This document shows positions 24,713 through 38,960 of a stretch of DNA of 64,000 bases, one piece after another (position 1 is the stretch's first letter; each line of letters starts with the position of its first letter). The stretch is from contig NMRA01000261.1 of NCBI GenBank assembly GCA_002633005.1, forward strand, positions 445,721 to 509,720. The letters run 5' to 3'. Origin of the DNA: Phoronis australis (lineage: Eukaryota > Animalia > Phoronida). A program made the translations under genes and the position numbers. A model generated the notes under the pieces. That model was not told where the DNA came from. It made no database searches and saw nothing but the letters and a program-made list of their open reading frames with translations.

Positions 24713-27044
24713 CAACGGTCATACAAAGGCAGAAAAATCGGCAAACGTCATTTGGTTAGATCAAACGAAAATAGATATGGCCTTGAACTGTGGCAACATG
24801 CACGCGCAAATGACGTGTATTGAGAGTCAGTGAATTAGCTGGGCAACGACCGTAATTGCGAGAATTGTGATACCTTGGTGTAGGTGTGTACTCACCGAGT
24901 GCTTCATATTTTAAGTTTATTTTAAAATTATCGTGACGTCAGAAAATCAATGACATAAAAAGGCTTGACGATTTTCTTTTACGGTGCCGCAGATCTCATC
25001 AAGAGGCCTACGTTATCGTGACCACTGAGTCACACGCAGCACGTCACCAAACCCGGATTCTGAAATCACGTTTTTTTTTTTTTTTTTAACAACGTTCGGG
25101 TGAATGCAAACCCTCAAGACATCGCAGATCCTTTCATCTCACTATTGCACAAAAATGTGTTTTCGAATGTTAAAGTATTCACTGACTTTCAGTGCACGTC
25201 ATTTGCGCGGACCTTAGTGTGCTGATACGCAACTTGCGATCCCATTGATATAATGATGCTTGTCGATTGTTTTGCATGAAATCGTCAATCGTATGACTGC
25301 AAAACATGATATATTTGATTGTTCCTCTGTCTGTTCCGATCATCTCTTAGAAGCTTATCTCAAAATTTCTCCACAATGTTTCAGCAAAAATGCCTGCTCA
25401 CTGATGAAAGGAATGATCGACATCCAATCAAAAGTCCACCAGCTCATATCATCATATAATAAGACAATTATTGACTTAAAAACTCGGTCAATATTTTGGT
25501 TTTCAGACCCAAAAAGCGATTCGGTCATTATCACATTTTTGAGTCCTGAAAACCAACATTGTGACCTCGGTGAAATTAAAAAATTTCATCAACCTCATTT
25601 TCGGAATCGGGTCCGCATATCGGAATACTGACCGCTGGTAAGTTTAAAACTCATACTCTGTCCAAATCACGATGCCTGTCTCACAAAACACCGCTAACAG
25701 TATTCAAAGTACACACTGAGTTCAGCCAACCATTTTCTCATGCTCAGACTAATTTTGACCAAGTCTGTTACACCGTGTTTAGGCGGTCTTGTGTTTTTGG
25801 TGCGCAAGCCACGGTTCGCGAGTGCGGTATCTACCTGTTGGCGGTCGGTGAGCCCAGTTTGCTGAGTTGGTGAATTTTAGTCACTATGTCCGTGAGAGAT
25901 GTGGAACTTATGAGTTCACGAGTGCGAGTGCAACAGCCATGTTGTTTCCACGCCTTGACCCAGTTCTGCAGAGGCGTGTTCCATGATACCACCTGGTGGC
26001 GCCATGAGAAAATCAGGGTAGCCATGGGTTCGAAAGCCGTGCCATGGAGAGAGAAATCTTTGCGAAATTCACGTCCTCTCGGCATATCTCGAGGAATCTC
26101 CCTTTTTAGAGACTAAGGTAGGCAATTAGCGTTACTGAACTCGTAAGTTCTCACAAAAAGTCACGCAGGCCGGGTGACAGGTCCACGAGTCACCAGTTTA
26201 CGGTCTGGAACTCAGTGCCAAACAACGTCATCAATGGTAATCGACGACATTTGGTGACTCGGATCCGCTCTAAAATAGTTCAACAAAAGCAGAAACTTAC
26301 AAGTGAAGGGAAGCACATTAATTAAATCAGGTGAACCATGTCATCAAAAGCAGAATTGTTGGCATTGCATGCTTTTGATGTCCGATATCGTATGATAATG
26401 ACACGATTTCGTCAGAAAATACTGTGGAGATAAGTTAACCGGACATCAGTAAAATAATACACGGCAGGTGATAAAATCCTGTGGTCTCGTGTGTGACGTC
26501 ATCAAGTGCACACGGAAGACGAATGAAAAAGTAAGCACTAGCTTACAGTCTCGGTGAATTTTTGAGTTCTGCAATCACGATAATGTTTTGTAATGTGTGA
26601 TTTTTAAAATTTTCATGCTAATGAATATCAATGGGGAAAGATAATGGGTTCAGTTGACAAGATGAGCACACGTTGTGGTCACGTGACGTCACCGTTGACC
26701 CCAGCTTGTTCAATCGGACGGCAAACGAACGAGTTGGGCGGTTGACCAGCGTAGCCAGTATCTTACACGATAGATTAACTCCATTCTGAGATTTAGGTTT
26801 GGAGGGACAGCTCTCTTTTGTTCAATAATTGCTCTAATCAGATAAGATCGTATCAGCAACCTGACTTGACTGTGGTAAGCCTACTAAAAATAAAAGATAA
26901 GTTCTAAACTGTTTGAACACAAATCGATAACAATTTTGAATTCCGCTTCAAATGCCTACCATGTTTAGTTTTTAAATGACCAAAATCGCCCAACTACAAC
27001 CACAGTTTAGACAATCTATTCTTTCCGAACGCATACCAATGCAT

Positions 27045-27644
27045 CTCGCAGGTTCCCTGCGTATCTGCTAGGGGGTAGAGAACGCGCAGGTATCCTTTGA
27101 TTTTACACGGGAATTTTTTTACATCGGTGTTCCTGATTGGCTGGTTGAACTCTCAACCAGTAGCGCATTACAAAAACAAACTGGCATGACTGATGGAGGA
27201 AGTGTAAATGTAGGTGCAGTCAGTTGTGGTCTGCTGTTGTACAGACAAATTGGTGCTTAATACATGTTCAAGAAATGTGAATCCGAAAGTTGTGGTTGTG
27301 CCTTTTCGGAGAGCATTTTGCTACCGTCGCTGACTTTTGTTTTGTTGCTGTCCTGTATTCACACAATGATGAATTACACACCGGTTAAATCGGCCAGACG
27401 TTTGTGCATAGATGTATGTGCTTCAAGCACTTTCCTATCAGCACATTACTGCAGAAACGAAATATTTGCTGTCACGCCACTTGCATGACAAATCTAATCG
27501 TTCACAGGCCGCTATTTTCTTTCTTTGTTGTAAAGCTAACTAATTACTGCCGAGGTTACATCAACCAGTGATAAAGCGCGTGCTACTGAATACTACCTGC
27601 GTGTTCGCTACCCGGCCCTAGCGGACACGCAGGAAACCAGCGAG
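27045..27644 (+). mobile_element. Complete ~600-bp MITE with ~45-bp imperfect TIRs
   Basis: CTCGCAGGTTCCCTGCGT...ACGCAGGAAACCAGCGAG, flanked by the direct repeat ACCAATGCAT (8-10-bp TSD depending on the terminus call). Confidence 0.88.
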
Positions 27645-30337
27645 ACCAATGCATTTGCTTTGAGTGTGTTCGCGCGCCGTCGGTAATAAGGTTCAACCGC
27701 TATACTTTTCATAACGTTTACATCCATTATGCAGATGACGTCATTCTTATGTTTGATCCAATACATTGTTTTTAGCATTAAACATGCCACTTTAATATTG
27801 CGCCGGATGCGTTGGTTTTATTTAGTTAGGCGCATTACCATCATGGTCAAATTGATTACACAGATAAGGTCACGTGGTTCCTGTATTCTACCACGGGAAG
27901 TTAAAATTCAAGTTGGCTACCAGACACTTTGGACACCTTTCATCAGATTTCTGTAACCTGGACTGTTTTGACATTCTGAATGCACTGTCTGTCAATTCAT
28001 AGTAATCGCATGCGAATGGCGGGTTTGGGATGAAAAGATCCGAAGTAATGTATTTTGCTCGTTTTTTTAAGTAAAGCTTGCACTGACGATAGTCGTAAAC
28101 TAGGATGTGAAATTCACTTCGGACTCATTTTGTTGGGCGTTGAAGTCTTTGGCCCAGCATGTTAATTGTCTATACTTTTTTAGTTTTTGTACATCCCGTT
28201 GAACAGAGAGGTTGAGCCGCACCTCTTTTTTAAGCCCCAAACCAACAAAATTGCTGTCTGCTGAAAGTCGAATGTAAGTTCCTGAACCTTATCCGACACT
28301 CGCGGTTGAACCGGTCTCGCCACCTGGTGACTGCACCCTACATGTAGTTACTTAGCGGTGCCAAAATATCGGCCAGCCCCAGATCACATTTGCCGGCTCA
28401 CTGCATAGAGCAAAATTTGCTGAAATAAAGAAATTACAGTTCATCAATTCCGTGGTGGTCAATATTAAATTATGAAGAATACCTACTACTTAAAACTCCA
28501 CTCAACGAATACCCTTCCTGTAAACATGATATACTCAACTCGGTGTATTTTTTCTAAATTGTGTCTTAATCAAACTGATTACACTAGTCGCTTACACACC
28601 CTTAATACAATTACATATATTACGACCAGTTCAACTCATTAACTAATTAGCAGGGTTTTTGTTTTTTCTATTTTTTGTTTTTCACCAGTTACATTTAGAT
28701 TCGAATATTTTTTGATGTTTTATCCACATTCATTTGTAACACTGACCTTAAAAGATTTTAACTACAGAACAGCTTCATAGTAATACTGTTTTTGTTCATG
28801 CGTGTTTATTGGTATTCATTTTGTATGCAACCTGTAAAAGTAACGATTCGCTTTTTGATTAATTTTTCAAAAACATCACATTGTCTTATTTTGTAGCGTT
28901 GCAGATCTCACACTTGCACAATCTTCTGTTACCAGTTTAAGTTCTCTATGAAACAATTGCGAAAGAGAGCGAAATCCACTATTTGTTTGCTGAGTGAGTT
29001 TTAGGTAGCACAGTGCAGTAAATATTTAATATCGGTAATTAATTTACCGCCTTCTAAGCATGCGACAAAATAATTGGTATCAGGATGCGATTGGTTAAGT
29101 AAACACGGCCCTAAGGATGCGACAAACGCCATAAGACCCAGCGGAAGTATATAATTGACTTCATATTTTATACTCCCAAAATAAGCCATATTTTCCAGTA
29201 CTACGACGTGTTGACTCAATTCTTCACATCTGAACTCATATGACAGGGGATAGCGGAGACACCGGTCTTACACAGTTGTGAGGTTTTATTGAAACCAACC
29301 TTTGGCACACGTAGCTTGATAACTGTTAACCGCGGGCTAGTTTAACAAAAAATCAAATATCTGAGGAATTTTAAGGTTCGCTATCCAAAATACTGCACAT
29401 CAATCTATGTTCCGGCCTACACGTGTCGAAGATATGAATTATTAGTTGATACACTGTACGAGAAGACATCAAAGCTACTTTAGTTATAGTGGAAACAGAC
29501 CACAAGGGAATAGTTTGGTTACGAAATATCCGGAAGTACAGACAATGGTAATTGTGGTCTATTTTTGTTTGACAGGCAATCAAACATGTTTACAGCGCAG
29601 ATAGGAATTCCAAACACATCATTAGAATTTTACAGCTTTTGTTGTTTCTCATAAAACTAACTGATTTGCGTTTTTCTCGTGATCAGGATTACTAGATCAG
29701 CAGTTTGATTCGTGACCAGCTACTCTTTTTATTGGATATTGGCATCTTCTGAATTATTCGTCCTCCCACCAAAACAACCAGCCAGCAGAATATCAACTGT
29801 TATTCAAACATTACAAAACATTTAAATGGTACAGTTACTTCGTGTGCATCAATACATTATAACCTAGGAGACATGGCCAGTTTACCTACGTCACAATTTA
29901 TCTGAAAAAAGGTTGGTTGAAACATTTATGATTATTAACCAAACTACGGTGAGATAAATCGAGATGTGTGCATTTAATCATAAAAAAATGTAACCAAAAC
30001 ATACGATTAAGTCGGAAAGGGCGCATATGACTGCAACGGTGTTTTGCGGAGGTGAGTGGGTAAAATACTAGTAAACACCCAGTCTGGTGGGATACACTCG
30101 CAGTAAGAATTAATGGAACTTCCGGTGAACACAATAACTAGATTGATTTCCGTTTACTAAAATTGGAGCACCGTTTATGCTTATACTATATTTATAATGT
30201 CCCTGCTCAAAGGCCCATTAGTGGGCCCTACTCACAGTCAAGCTAATACTGACTCTTCCAACATTTCCATGACTGAAATTTCTGAATACACACACCCTTA
30301 GGGCTTAAATCAATTGCCTCTTAATTGGAATGGATGA

Positions 30338-30545
30338 TACTTGAAGTCACCATTGTTTTGTGTACACCAAATGTCAAAGGTCACATTTTCCAAGTAAGGG
30401 AAATGTGCTACGTCTATGTCATGTCTTACCAAACAAGACAGCGTGCTTTGCCTTGTGGGAGTAAAACCGAATAAGTGATCAACAGTTGACAGATCGTTTT
30501 TTGAAATTTGAAACTAAAAGAAAAATGCTTTGGCATCAACAGACA
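30338..30545 (+). repeat. ~210-bp interspersed repeat; inverted copy at 33493-33685, partial copy at ~54600-54720
   Basis: gtcaaaggtcacattttcca...cagttgacaga...gaaatttgaaactaaaagaaaa(a)tgctttg is shared in reverse complement. Confidence 0.8.
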
Positions 30546-31089
30546 TTCATTTTTTTACGAACGAAGTGTAAAAATACATGATAAACAGGTTGAACGACAC
30601 CGTCATTTTTAAATCAGCACGCATGTCTGTTGACGCCGAAGCTATCTTTGAATTTTGGACGTAGTATCAAACAATACGGCAAAACTACGCAGCATACGCA
30701 GAGCATTTGACCACAACCGACGTTCTTTTCGATCCTTCTTTCCGAGTCATTTGTTGCGTTTCATTGACGCCAGCTAATGAATATTGGCCCTATTTGTAGA
30801 CGTGGTGGAGTCGCGTTTTCCCGTTCATCAGCTCTAACAGTTATCAAGTTTCTCGACAGTTTTGACATCAGTTTTAAGACATATCCAGCATGTTTGCTCA
30901 GTTTTTAAGATTGCGCGTTGAGTAATTGATATGCATAAGTGACATTTGGACACCATCAATCATTTGCACCAATCGCCTTGTGCACAAATTATGCTTATGA
31001 TACAGAACGTATTCCATGTTTTAAAAGTTGTCCCCTCTAAGTCCGTGTCTCTAGTGGCGGATTAACTATAACCAATTTCCAAGGCAGAG

Positions 31090-31690
31090 CAACAGTTCAG
31101 ACAATTGTTCCAGAGCGAGGGGGGACTGACCATGTGGGCAGTTTGGATTTTAGTATTGAATGACTGGTTGGTCACCTTCCATAGAGAACCGACCCTTACC
31201 TTCAACCTTGAGAAATGGGTCCCTTTCAGCGCTGGACAGGATTTTGAGACATGGCTCAGACATTAAAATTGGCGAGCAGTATCGTATGCAACTATGCGGA
31301 CAACTTTTGGTTTTGGGTAAGTTCCGACACACTGTTTCACAAAGCAAGGATCGCTTCAAGATTTCGCAAAACTCGCTTCTAGATTTGTGAAAGATTCTTG
31401 TCTCGTTTGTTTCTGGCATTCAAGTCTATCTTGTTTTTTTTTTGAAAGCAGCGTCTTCTTCATAATATCTCTGTATTGGCAGATTTGAGTGTCAAAAATC
31501 TAGCAAAGACTTCCATTTGCAGAGCTGTTCTGCACGACTGCTCAAAGGCATTCAATTCTAATTCCTTAATTGCAACCTCAATGTTCTTCCGAGGCTCTTG
31601 ATCGACTCCCTGCTTAGGAGCAGTCTTCCTGGCCAAGAGTCCAAGAGATTGTTTCTGATCTCTTGCTCGTATCCTCCCGTATATCAGTTA
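31090..31690 (-). mobile_element. Possible second decayed HERO/NeSL-like retrotransposon fragment (post-RT and zinc-knuckle region)
   Basis: Frameshifted: QSLGL...RKNIEVAIKELE...; CP..C..; LSHVSKSCPAL...GRF...NQ, resembling LEHILSSCPKAL.EGRYRWRHNQV. Confidence 0.4.
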
Positions 31691-32149
31691 CATTTTCCAT
31701 TAATAAAGAATAGTTTGTACATGTGTGTACATGCATGAGGAAATAGAAGCGCGGGTTCCTTCACGTAAAAACCTTTTGGCACTTTTAGAATCCAGTTCGT
31801 TATCTGCTATGTGCCAAGTGCAAAATCCACTTGACGACTGGTCTTTAACTCAGCGTGTGTGATTACCAGTCATGCTAAAATTAATTGTAAAGAATGGAGT
31901 CATCTGTTTTATACATCACTTTATTATTCGTACAAGCACCTTTTGCTTGTTGGATAACAAAGTTGTTATGAGCTGTCCAAACATCCTTTACGTGAAGACA
32001 TTTTTGGGCTCAATAAGAACTGCAATTGTGTCGACGATGGCTGTAACTGATTTCGGGGAAACATATTTTGCTATTAAAAAACATCTCTGTGTAAGGAGAA
32101 TACCGCAGCCAATCTTGTTTTACTGACATTTATAAACTTTACTCCTGGG

Positions 32150-32182
32150 ACTGCTGCTGCTACTGCTGCTGCTGCTGCTGCT
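32150..32182. repeat. (CTG)n microsatellite
   Basis: About 11 units with one CTA interruption. Confidence 0.9.
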
Positions 32183-32699
32183 ATTGAAGTGGTTAATGAC
32201 TGACCTACAACGCGTATATGAAGCGCCAAAAGGTTCTTAAAGGGACGGAGAGAAAATCTTTTTCTGAGGTCAGAACCAGAGCGTCGGGAATCGAACATGA
32301 AACCATCAAGTCGCTGGTGCTCTGCTGGTGCCCTGTGTGGTTCCCAATAAATTGTGCAATTTTATACGCGTAAACGGCTGTAAAGTCATTGGCCTTGATT
32401 AGAGCGAATGCCCCGCAGACTCAAGCGAGAATCGGCGAGTTGTTATAAAATCACAAAATAACGTCAATTTTTATTGTTCTACAGATTTACTGAAACTAAA
32501 AAATTCAGAGTCCGTCACATTCAACAACAATCTCCCTAATGCATTTTCAGCATATTTTAAGTTTCCCAACGACAACGTATTCGAACTAGTACGCATCTAC
32601 TGCCACAGATACACAGACCTATTTTGGACATGAGACTATCTCTGCCCGCCCTAATACCCGACCTTCCTGGAGCCCTTAGGTTGGTAATCCTCACCAGCC

Positions 32700-33015
32700 T
32701 TATCCACCACTGCTTACCCTAGACACAGGCCCACACTTTACCCATCGATTTCGATATATGATATAGGCACACGCCTTACCCCCGACTTAGGAATACGCCT
32801 TGTTCTGGACATAAGGCGGATGACTTTTTGTCTTTATAGACACACGCCTTACTCTCAACTTAAGCGCACATCTTGGCCGACGTGCACGCCTCGCTATCGA
32901 CGCAGCCACGCATTGCTCTCAACATCCATATAGGTACACGCCTTGTCTTTGACATAGGCGCAAGTCGAAATTGGCACACGCCTGCTTCCAACATAAGCAA
33001 ACTCATTACCCTCAA
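32700..33015. repeat. Degenerate ~25-bp minisatellite (ATAGGCACACGCCTTACTCTCGAC-like)
   Basis: Recurrent (g)cacacgcctt cores at ~25-50-bp spacing. Confidence 0.7.
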
Positions 33016-33492
33016 AATTGGCGGCGCTTATAACCCTTGTGCCTGATTAACAATGAACCTGGTGTACTTCCATACATGTAAAAGGGGTATACGGCACGTC
33101 TCGCTCAGATGGGTAACCTTTTTCACGACCAGATTCCCTACGAAAGGGTAACTTTTCCGACAAAATAACCTACGAAAGGGTTCAGTTTGGAAGTTCCAAA
33201 CAAATTTCGCACTGCACAAACCTACAGATGGGTATTTGTTGTTATCTCTATTGGTTGCAAATGTATACTCATCATGGCACCACGTCATGTACTGTTCTAG
33301 AATGAATAGGTTAAAAATTCAGCTGTACCAGAACACCCAGATAAAGGTTAAGTTTATGGAATTAACGTTTTAAAGAGGCCTGGAACTCAATAAACGGACT
33401 AAATTGCAATATTGAAAGTTATTCCCAGCCACTGAAACAGAATTGAACCTACTCACCAGGATTTTTAGGGTTTGTTCGTAAAGTTTTTTAGT

Positions 33493-33685
33493 TTCTGTTG
33501 ATATCAAAGCATTTTCTTTTAGTTTCAAATTTCAAAAAAAAAACGTTCTGTCAACTGCTCGCCACTTCGTCAATTTTTCTCCCACGAGGCAAAGAACGTC
33601 TCCTTATTTGGTATGGCAAAACATAAACGCAGCACATTTACCTGATATGGAAAATGTGACCTTTGACCTCAAGCGACTTCAAGCA
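33493..33685 (-). repeat. Inverted copy of the 30338-30545 repeat
   Basis: Reverse-complement match. Confidence 0.8.
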
Positions 33686-34212
33686 ACTGACTGTGAGCAC
33701 ATTCGTGGGAGGGAGATTAGAAACTCTGTGGTAACCACATAACTTTGCTTCACTCTTATTTCAAAAATCGTGAATTTTGTGATTTTTTTCTGGAAATTTT
33801 CTTACTGGGGAAAGTGAATTACTCTGTACTAAACGTTGTGACATGGTGTTTTCGTCAGGAATTGTATAAAAGATATTTTTGACCAACTTTGGAGTTCCAT
33901 GCGATGATTCAGGAACCAAAACCCTACGAAAGGGTAACACTTTCGTGGAAGCTACCCGCACATGGTACCCCTTCGACTCCATTTTCTAAATGGATGGCTA
34001 TCCTGATTTTTTTACACCCTGTCAATAATATAATCGATTACTCCCGTCGCATTGAACGAGTTCATTCTTAATCCGACAATGTGTAAGTTATCAGTCGAGC
34101 TTAAACATGCTTTACACCAACAGGGATATCAGTTAAAATAACTATCATTGTTTTGGTTCATGTCATGGAGGCGAATTCTTTGTTTCGGTTCATTAACAGC
34201 ACGGATGTCGAC

Positions 34213-34620
34213 AGCTTCGTCCCCAAACCCCTAGATGGCGGTGATTAGTTTAGACATTAAAGTTTGGTTATGGTAAGTACCTTCTACGCAATGACTGGCC
34301 GCTGTCTTGACGCCATTAAAACAAAGACAGATTTTAATTATTTTCACAGGCGTTGTTGCTGAGATTTATGATGCAGAAGGCATTGTTTTGGTTATTGTTT
34401 GAAATAAAGGTTATTGACGTACTTATTTTCAATTCTTTTTTATTAATAGTATCACTGAAATTAAGCTGTTTTCGAATCGAAATACAATTTTGCAATGATT
34501 TAGACCTAATTGTTGAAATTTACCATTAGTTTTCATTTATAATACTGCAGACAATTTCAAAATTATAATACATCATTGTTATTTAGCAAAGCATATATCG
34601 GACGTCAGAAAACTTCTTTC
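34213..34620 (+). mobile_element. Diverged copy of the 51836-52245 MITE family
   Basis: cagcttcgtccccaaaccc start and a shared ttgacg(c/t)cattaaaacaaagacagatttta...gaaataaaggtt core. Confidence 0.75.
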
Positions 34621-35387
34621 ATAAATAATCTACGTCAAAATGCAAAATGCAAAATAGGTGTGGGTTATGAAGATTATGAAGACCCGTTAGAGAACAACAG
34701 TCAATCCAAATGTTTTGAACTGAAAACCACGCACACCTAAGTTGGACTATGAGCGCAGCTTTGCATACCCGGGGTGCATTTTGTAATAAAAGATTGGAGA
34801 TGGGGATTTTGAAACTCGTGCAAGTGACGATTGAGTAAATATGTGAGCTCTTACGTGTGGTATTGGGAACTCAATGCGTACGTTAAGACGCTTCATTTTC
34901 ATTGAGTTTAGTTAAAAGTAACAACTTTAAACACAACTCAATTTGATCAAAACTTGATGCTCCACATGTGATCAATGTTTCCAAAAAACGAAACTTTAAT
35001 AAAAAGACCTTTTTAGTTTGTTTTTTGAATCTCTGATGGTGTATCAACGAAATTGGTGTTGCACTGAAGTTCACTTTGTATGAATTCAAAATGAACTGCA
35101 ATATACGAATGTTCCTTCATAGTAATGTATTTCAATTGCTCTGAACTGGTGAAAACAAAGAAAGATCCACACCGCAGGCGTACGACTTGTCTTCTACATT
35201 AATATAAATTAAATCGCTAGTCACGTCTCTAGAGTACTGGAGTCCAGAAAACGCTAGACAATTGTACCAGCACAATTATTCAACAAGCTTTTTATTTCAT
35301 TAAATGAATGGACGCTACTTACAATAAACCGTCAGGAACTCTCTAACGCGATGTGACGGTCTAAATGTGTGACTATGATTGCTGATT

Positions 35388-35420
35388 GTCGTCATAGTCA
35401 TCGTCATCATCATCACTAAC

Positions 35421-35458
<38 letters not shown>

Positions 35459-35528
35459 CCGTCACGATGACGATCATCGTCATCATCATTATCATAATCA
35501 TCATCATCGTCGTCGCCATCATCGTCAC
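35388..35528. repeat. (CAT)n/(CGT)n microsatellite
   Basis: Directly visible. Explains the poly-His ORF. Confidence 0.95.
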
Positions 35529-36334
35529 TGTACCGTACTAAACCTGGCATGGCTGGAAAAAATGTGCAGTGTAACAAATAAAACGGTAAAAGGGCGCAGT
35601 CTCATAAGAATGACACGCCGAGCAATACCCTTGACTTCACTGTTAACCATCAAAGTTGAAGACGAGTCACAATGACACAGCTAACTACATGTGACGACCA
35701 AACGACACAGAACAGTTGAAGTTTTATGCACCTTGTCATATGACTGGATTAGTTAAGCCACGAACGTAGACGCCAAAGGTCTATGTAGCGATGGAATGCG
35801 CCCACGTAGGGCGAGTTGTACATCCTTGATGAAACTCTAACAGTTACCATACTAGCAATTTTTGAGATTTTAAAGCGGTTATAAGCCCCGCCTTCTATCA
35901 CAAAACAATTTTTTATTCATGCCACTTACTCTGATGAAATTGGTTTAAAAAATTTTGCAATCAAATTGAGGATGGTTTTAAGGCTTTGAAACAACTGATA
36001 GTTGATTATTGCACGAGATCAAGTTTATCACGGCTTTTCATTTGGTGTGCCGAGCAGACATTCATTGAATAACAAAGTGTCAGCTCTTTGCAAACACAGA
36101 AATTACTTCATCCGACTAAGAAACAAATTGAGATATTTTAATAGCACTCAGTAGTCTAAACTCAAACTTCGCTTTATGGACGAAATGCGAGTTTACAAGC
36201 GCCCAGTTAAGTGTTGTGGGTTACTTGACCTATTATGTAAGCGCACTTAGTCGTCAATACTTGGAACATCATACGCTGAAGAAAACGTCGCGTGAGATGT
36301 CATGCAAAGACACTAAGATATTCCTATGGGATAT

Positions 36335-37088
36335 ATACACAAAATGTACCGAGAGTGGCGTAGATGAAGTAAACATCCCACGAGACATTATTCCGCGTAT
36401 CGACCTCTACCTTCGGTCTCGGTCGATACGCGGAATAATGTCGAGTGGGAAATTACTTCATCTACGCACATCGAGGTACGTTTTGTATTTATCCCATTCT
36501 CTTCGATTTTCCAAGTTTTTGCATTTTTTCTGCAGATTTTCTAAATACTTCACTCAGACTGTTCACGTAACGGATCACATCCTACATGTATGTACTTGGG
36601 CATTTGGTTGCAAGTTTTCTCTTGTAAAAGTAACAGTTTTGAATGTAACGATTTATTACTTGAAAACTAACGATAACAAAGATGAAAACAACGGTAACTG
36701 TGCATTGAACTTGTAACATCTCCTGAAAATAGTTAAATAACAACAATATTGGATATTGTAGTTACCGAGGAATCGGCGCCTGAGTTGCAGACGATATAAT
36801 ATTTAGCAATTGAAAACTGAGGTAGCATTGTCATATAATTAACAGTCCTGTTCCAAATGTTACGATTGGGACCTGATTGCATGCAGTGGTATTTACACTG
36901 CTGCAATTGTATTACTTTAAACTATTTTCGGAAAGTTTGATGATCGAACCGGCTAACGACGTCGAGTCGATATTGACCCACCTTTTGAACTTTCCATGTC
37001 AGAGGTCACTGTTGAAGTAGTGCGGGAGGTGAATACGGAAAGCATGGCCGTATTGCATGCGACAGATTTAACGCGTATGAGATGAATT
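36335..37088 (+). mobile_element. ~750-bp element with a terminal ~150-nt hairpin (copy 1; copy 2 at 57377-58115)
   Basis: Palindrome gtacc...cattattccgcgtatcgacc-loop-ggtcgatacgcggaataatg...ggtac, followed by a body bounded by tatcccat / atg(a/g)gat inverted repeats. Confidence 0.85.
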
Positions 37089-37089
37089 A

Positions 37090-38960
37090 GGGAAATCAGT
37101 CATCAGTGCTTGAAATATCATGCACGAAAGCAACCATACTTAGGACATCATACAGAGAAACTGGGTCATCAATGTGTGGTCACACGAAAACAATCGCTCT
37201 CGAGTATAATGCAAAAAAATCCTTCATTAATGAGAGGTCATATAAGCGAAGACAGTCATGCTTGAAATATCACACGCGAAAGTAACTATACTTGAGATAT
37301 CACACAGATGAATTCGGTCATCAATGGAATGTCATAGGCACTGCAAGGGAATCTATAGTCATTAATCTATAAAAGTCGTACACGATAAAGCAATTATTTG
37401 AGATATCATGCAAAGAAAGTAGGTCATCAATGTGATATCAAGGGAACTCTCTCTCTTTAATACCTGAAATATCATACGCGAAAGCATTCACACTTGAGAC
37501 ATCATATAAAAACAGTCATCAAGTGAGCACGGTGATCGATGGGGAATTACACAAAAACAGTCATCGATAGGGTATCACACAAGTGAACTCAGTTATCATA
37601 CCGTGAATAATACGCTTACAAGGAAGTCACGCATTTCTAAAGCGGGGAATTTTCACCGCTCCTCCTTCTGAGCGGCTTGTACCAGGATCAAAGAGAGCGC
37701 GGCGCCGGAATCAGGTACAATTGTGATGACCGCATTGCCCGATGCGAGCAAGACCCAATTAAATGTAATTATCCGACCATAAACTGTATTAGACATCTCT
37801 GACTACATAATGGCGATTTTCAAAAATGCATTAACCACTAATTTTCGTTACAAACGAACACCACGGCAGTATGCAGCTGGAAAAAACAACCAAGTACGGT
37901 TTTCGATTTTTAAAACTCGATGAACTAATAATCTAAAAACTACAACCATTGGGTGCGATTGAAGATAAACTACTCGGTGGATATACAAACGCTGATCAGA
38001 GTTGTCAACATCACATGGATTCATTTTTTAATATTCTTTCAATCTCGTTTAACCAGATTTTTGACCAGGAAACAGTTGTACTTAACTTATGCCCACTTTT
38101 CATTTTTATTATTGACAAATAGCTAGGATAGTTATATAGTCAGTGTCACCGAAATTGTCCAGAGATTCCAAATCTTCAGTTTGGTTATCACCATATTTGC
38201 ACTTTTGTATATATTTTATGATTTGAGTTCTAATAAAGATTAAACTTTAATGACACGTGAAATGTTTAGTGTACCTGTAATGTGGTAAGTTTAGGGATGG
38301 GCTCACAATGAACGTAACTAAGTAAGTTTAGCTGGCGATCAAAATCTACCATTGTTTTGGTACTTCAAGTTTAATACTTAGAAAAAAGTTATCAGCCCGT
38401 TCCCAGTAAGAAAAAAAAAACAAGTGGGCAGAAGCATTAAAAATTAAATAAAGAAAACCAATATGAAACTTATCGTTGCTGTGGGAAGTGGCCCTTTGTG
38501 AAGACAAACACAAACACAAGTTAATCTTTTTAGTCATTTTGCAATATTTATAATGTACCAAGTTAAAACTACTCTCCAGAGTTGCAGGCTATAACTCTGC
38601 AAATGTCAGAGAAAACCAAATTGGGGGTACTAACAACAACCATTGTTGAGACAGTAATGCTAGCAATTACATTTCCACTTCATTAGCTCAGATCTACATC
38701 AATACAAAGGGCGTGCTGAATAGGCATCGTAAAAGTTGTCTGGGGCTTAGGGAATCAGAGCGGTTACCAGTGTAAGCGAGAAATTCTCCACATGATCGAT
38801 GGAGTATCACACAAACACAGTCATCGACGGAATATCACACAAGAGAACTCAGTCATCGATGGCAAGCCCTCGATATATTATGCAGAGAACCTCAGTTGTC
38901 ATGGAGATATCATACAAGGGAATTAGATCTCACGCAAACTAACCCAGTCATCTTTGTTCG
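37090..38960. repeat. Degenerate ~30-bp tandem array (CAGTCATCAATG..ATATCACACAAGAGAACT), interrupted by the 37600-38791 element
   Basis: Recurrent gtcatc(a/g)at and atatca(c/t) motifs on both sides of the insertion. Confidence 0.7.
37600..38791 (+). mobile_element. Uninterrupted copy of the ~1.2-kb element (empty site for the Kolobok-like insertion)
   Basis: Reads aacagttgtac-TTAA-cttatgcccact at ~38071-38097, with a single TTAA. Confidence 0.9.

Noticed and set aside
25831-26116. Overlapping GC-richer ORFs on both strands with exon-like borders
   Set aside because: No recognisable protein in any frame. Contains a CTCF-like motif and lies in repeat-like context.
32205-32392. Minus-strand CCAAT + TATAAAA + exon with GTCAGT donor, suggesting a divergent gene
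   Set aside because: The segment contains a B-box (GTTCGATTCCC), and its flank is homologous to 58465-58620, so it is more likely repeat-derived. No downstream coding exons were found.
35379-35675. Poly-His ORF
   Set aside because: Translation of a (CAT)n microsatellite.
32700-38960. Short spaced repeats (32700-33015, 37090-38960) superficially like CRISPR arrays
   Set aside because: Repeats are degenerate and tandem without unique spacers, there are no cas genes, and the context is eukaryotic.
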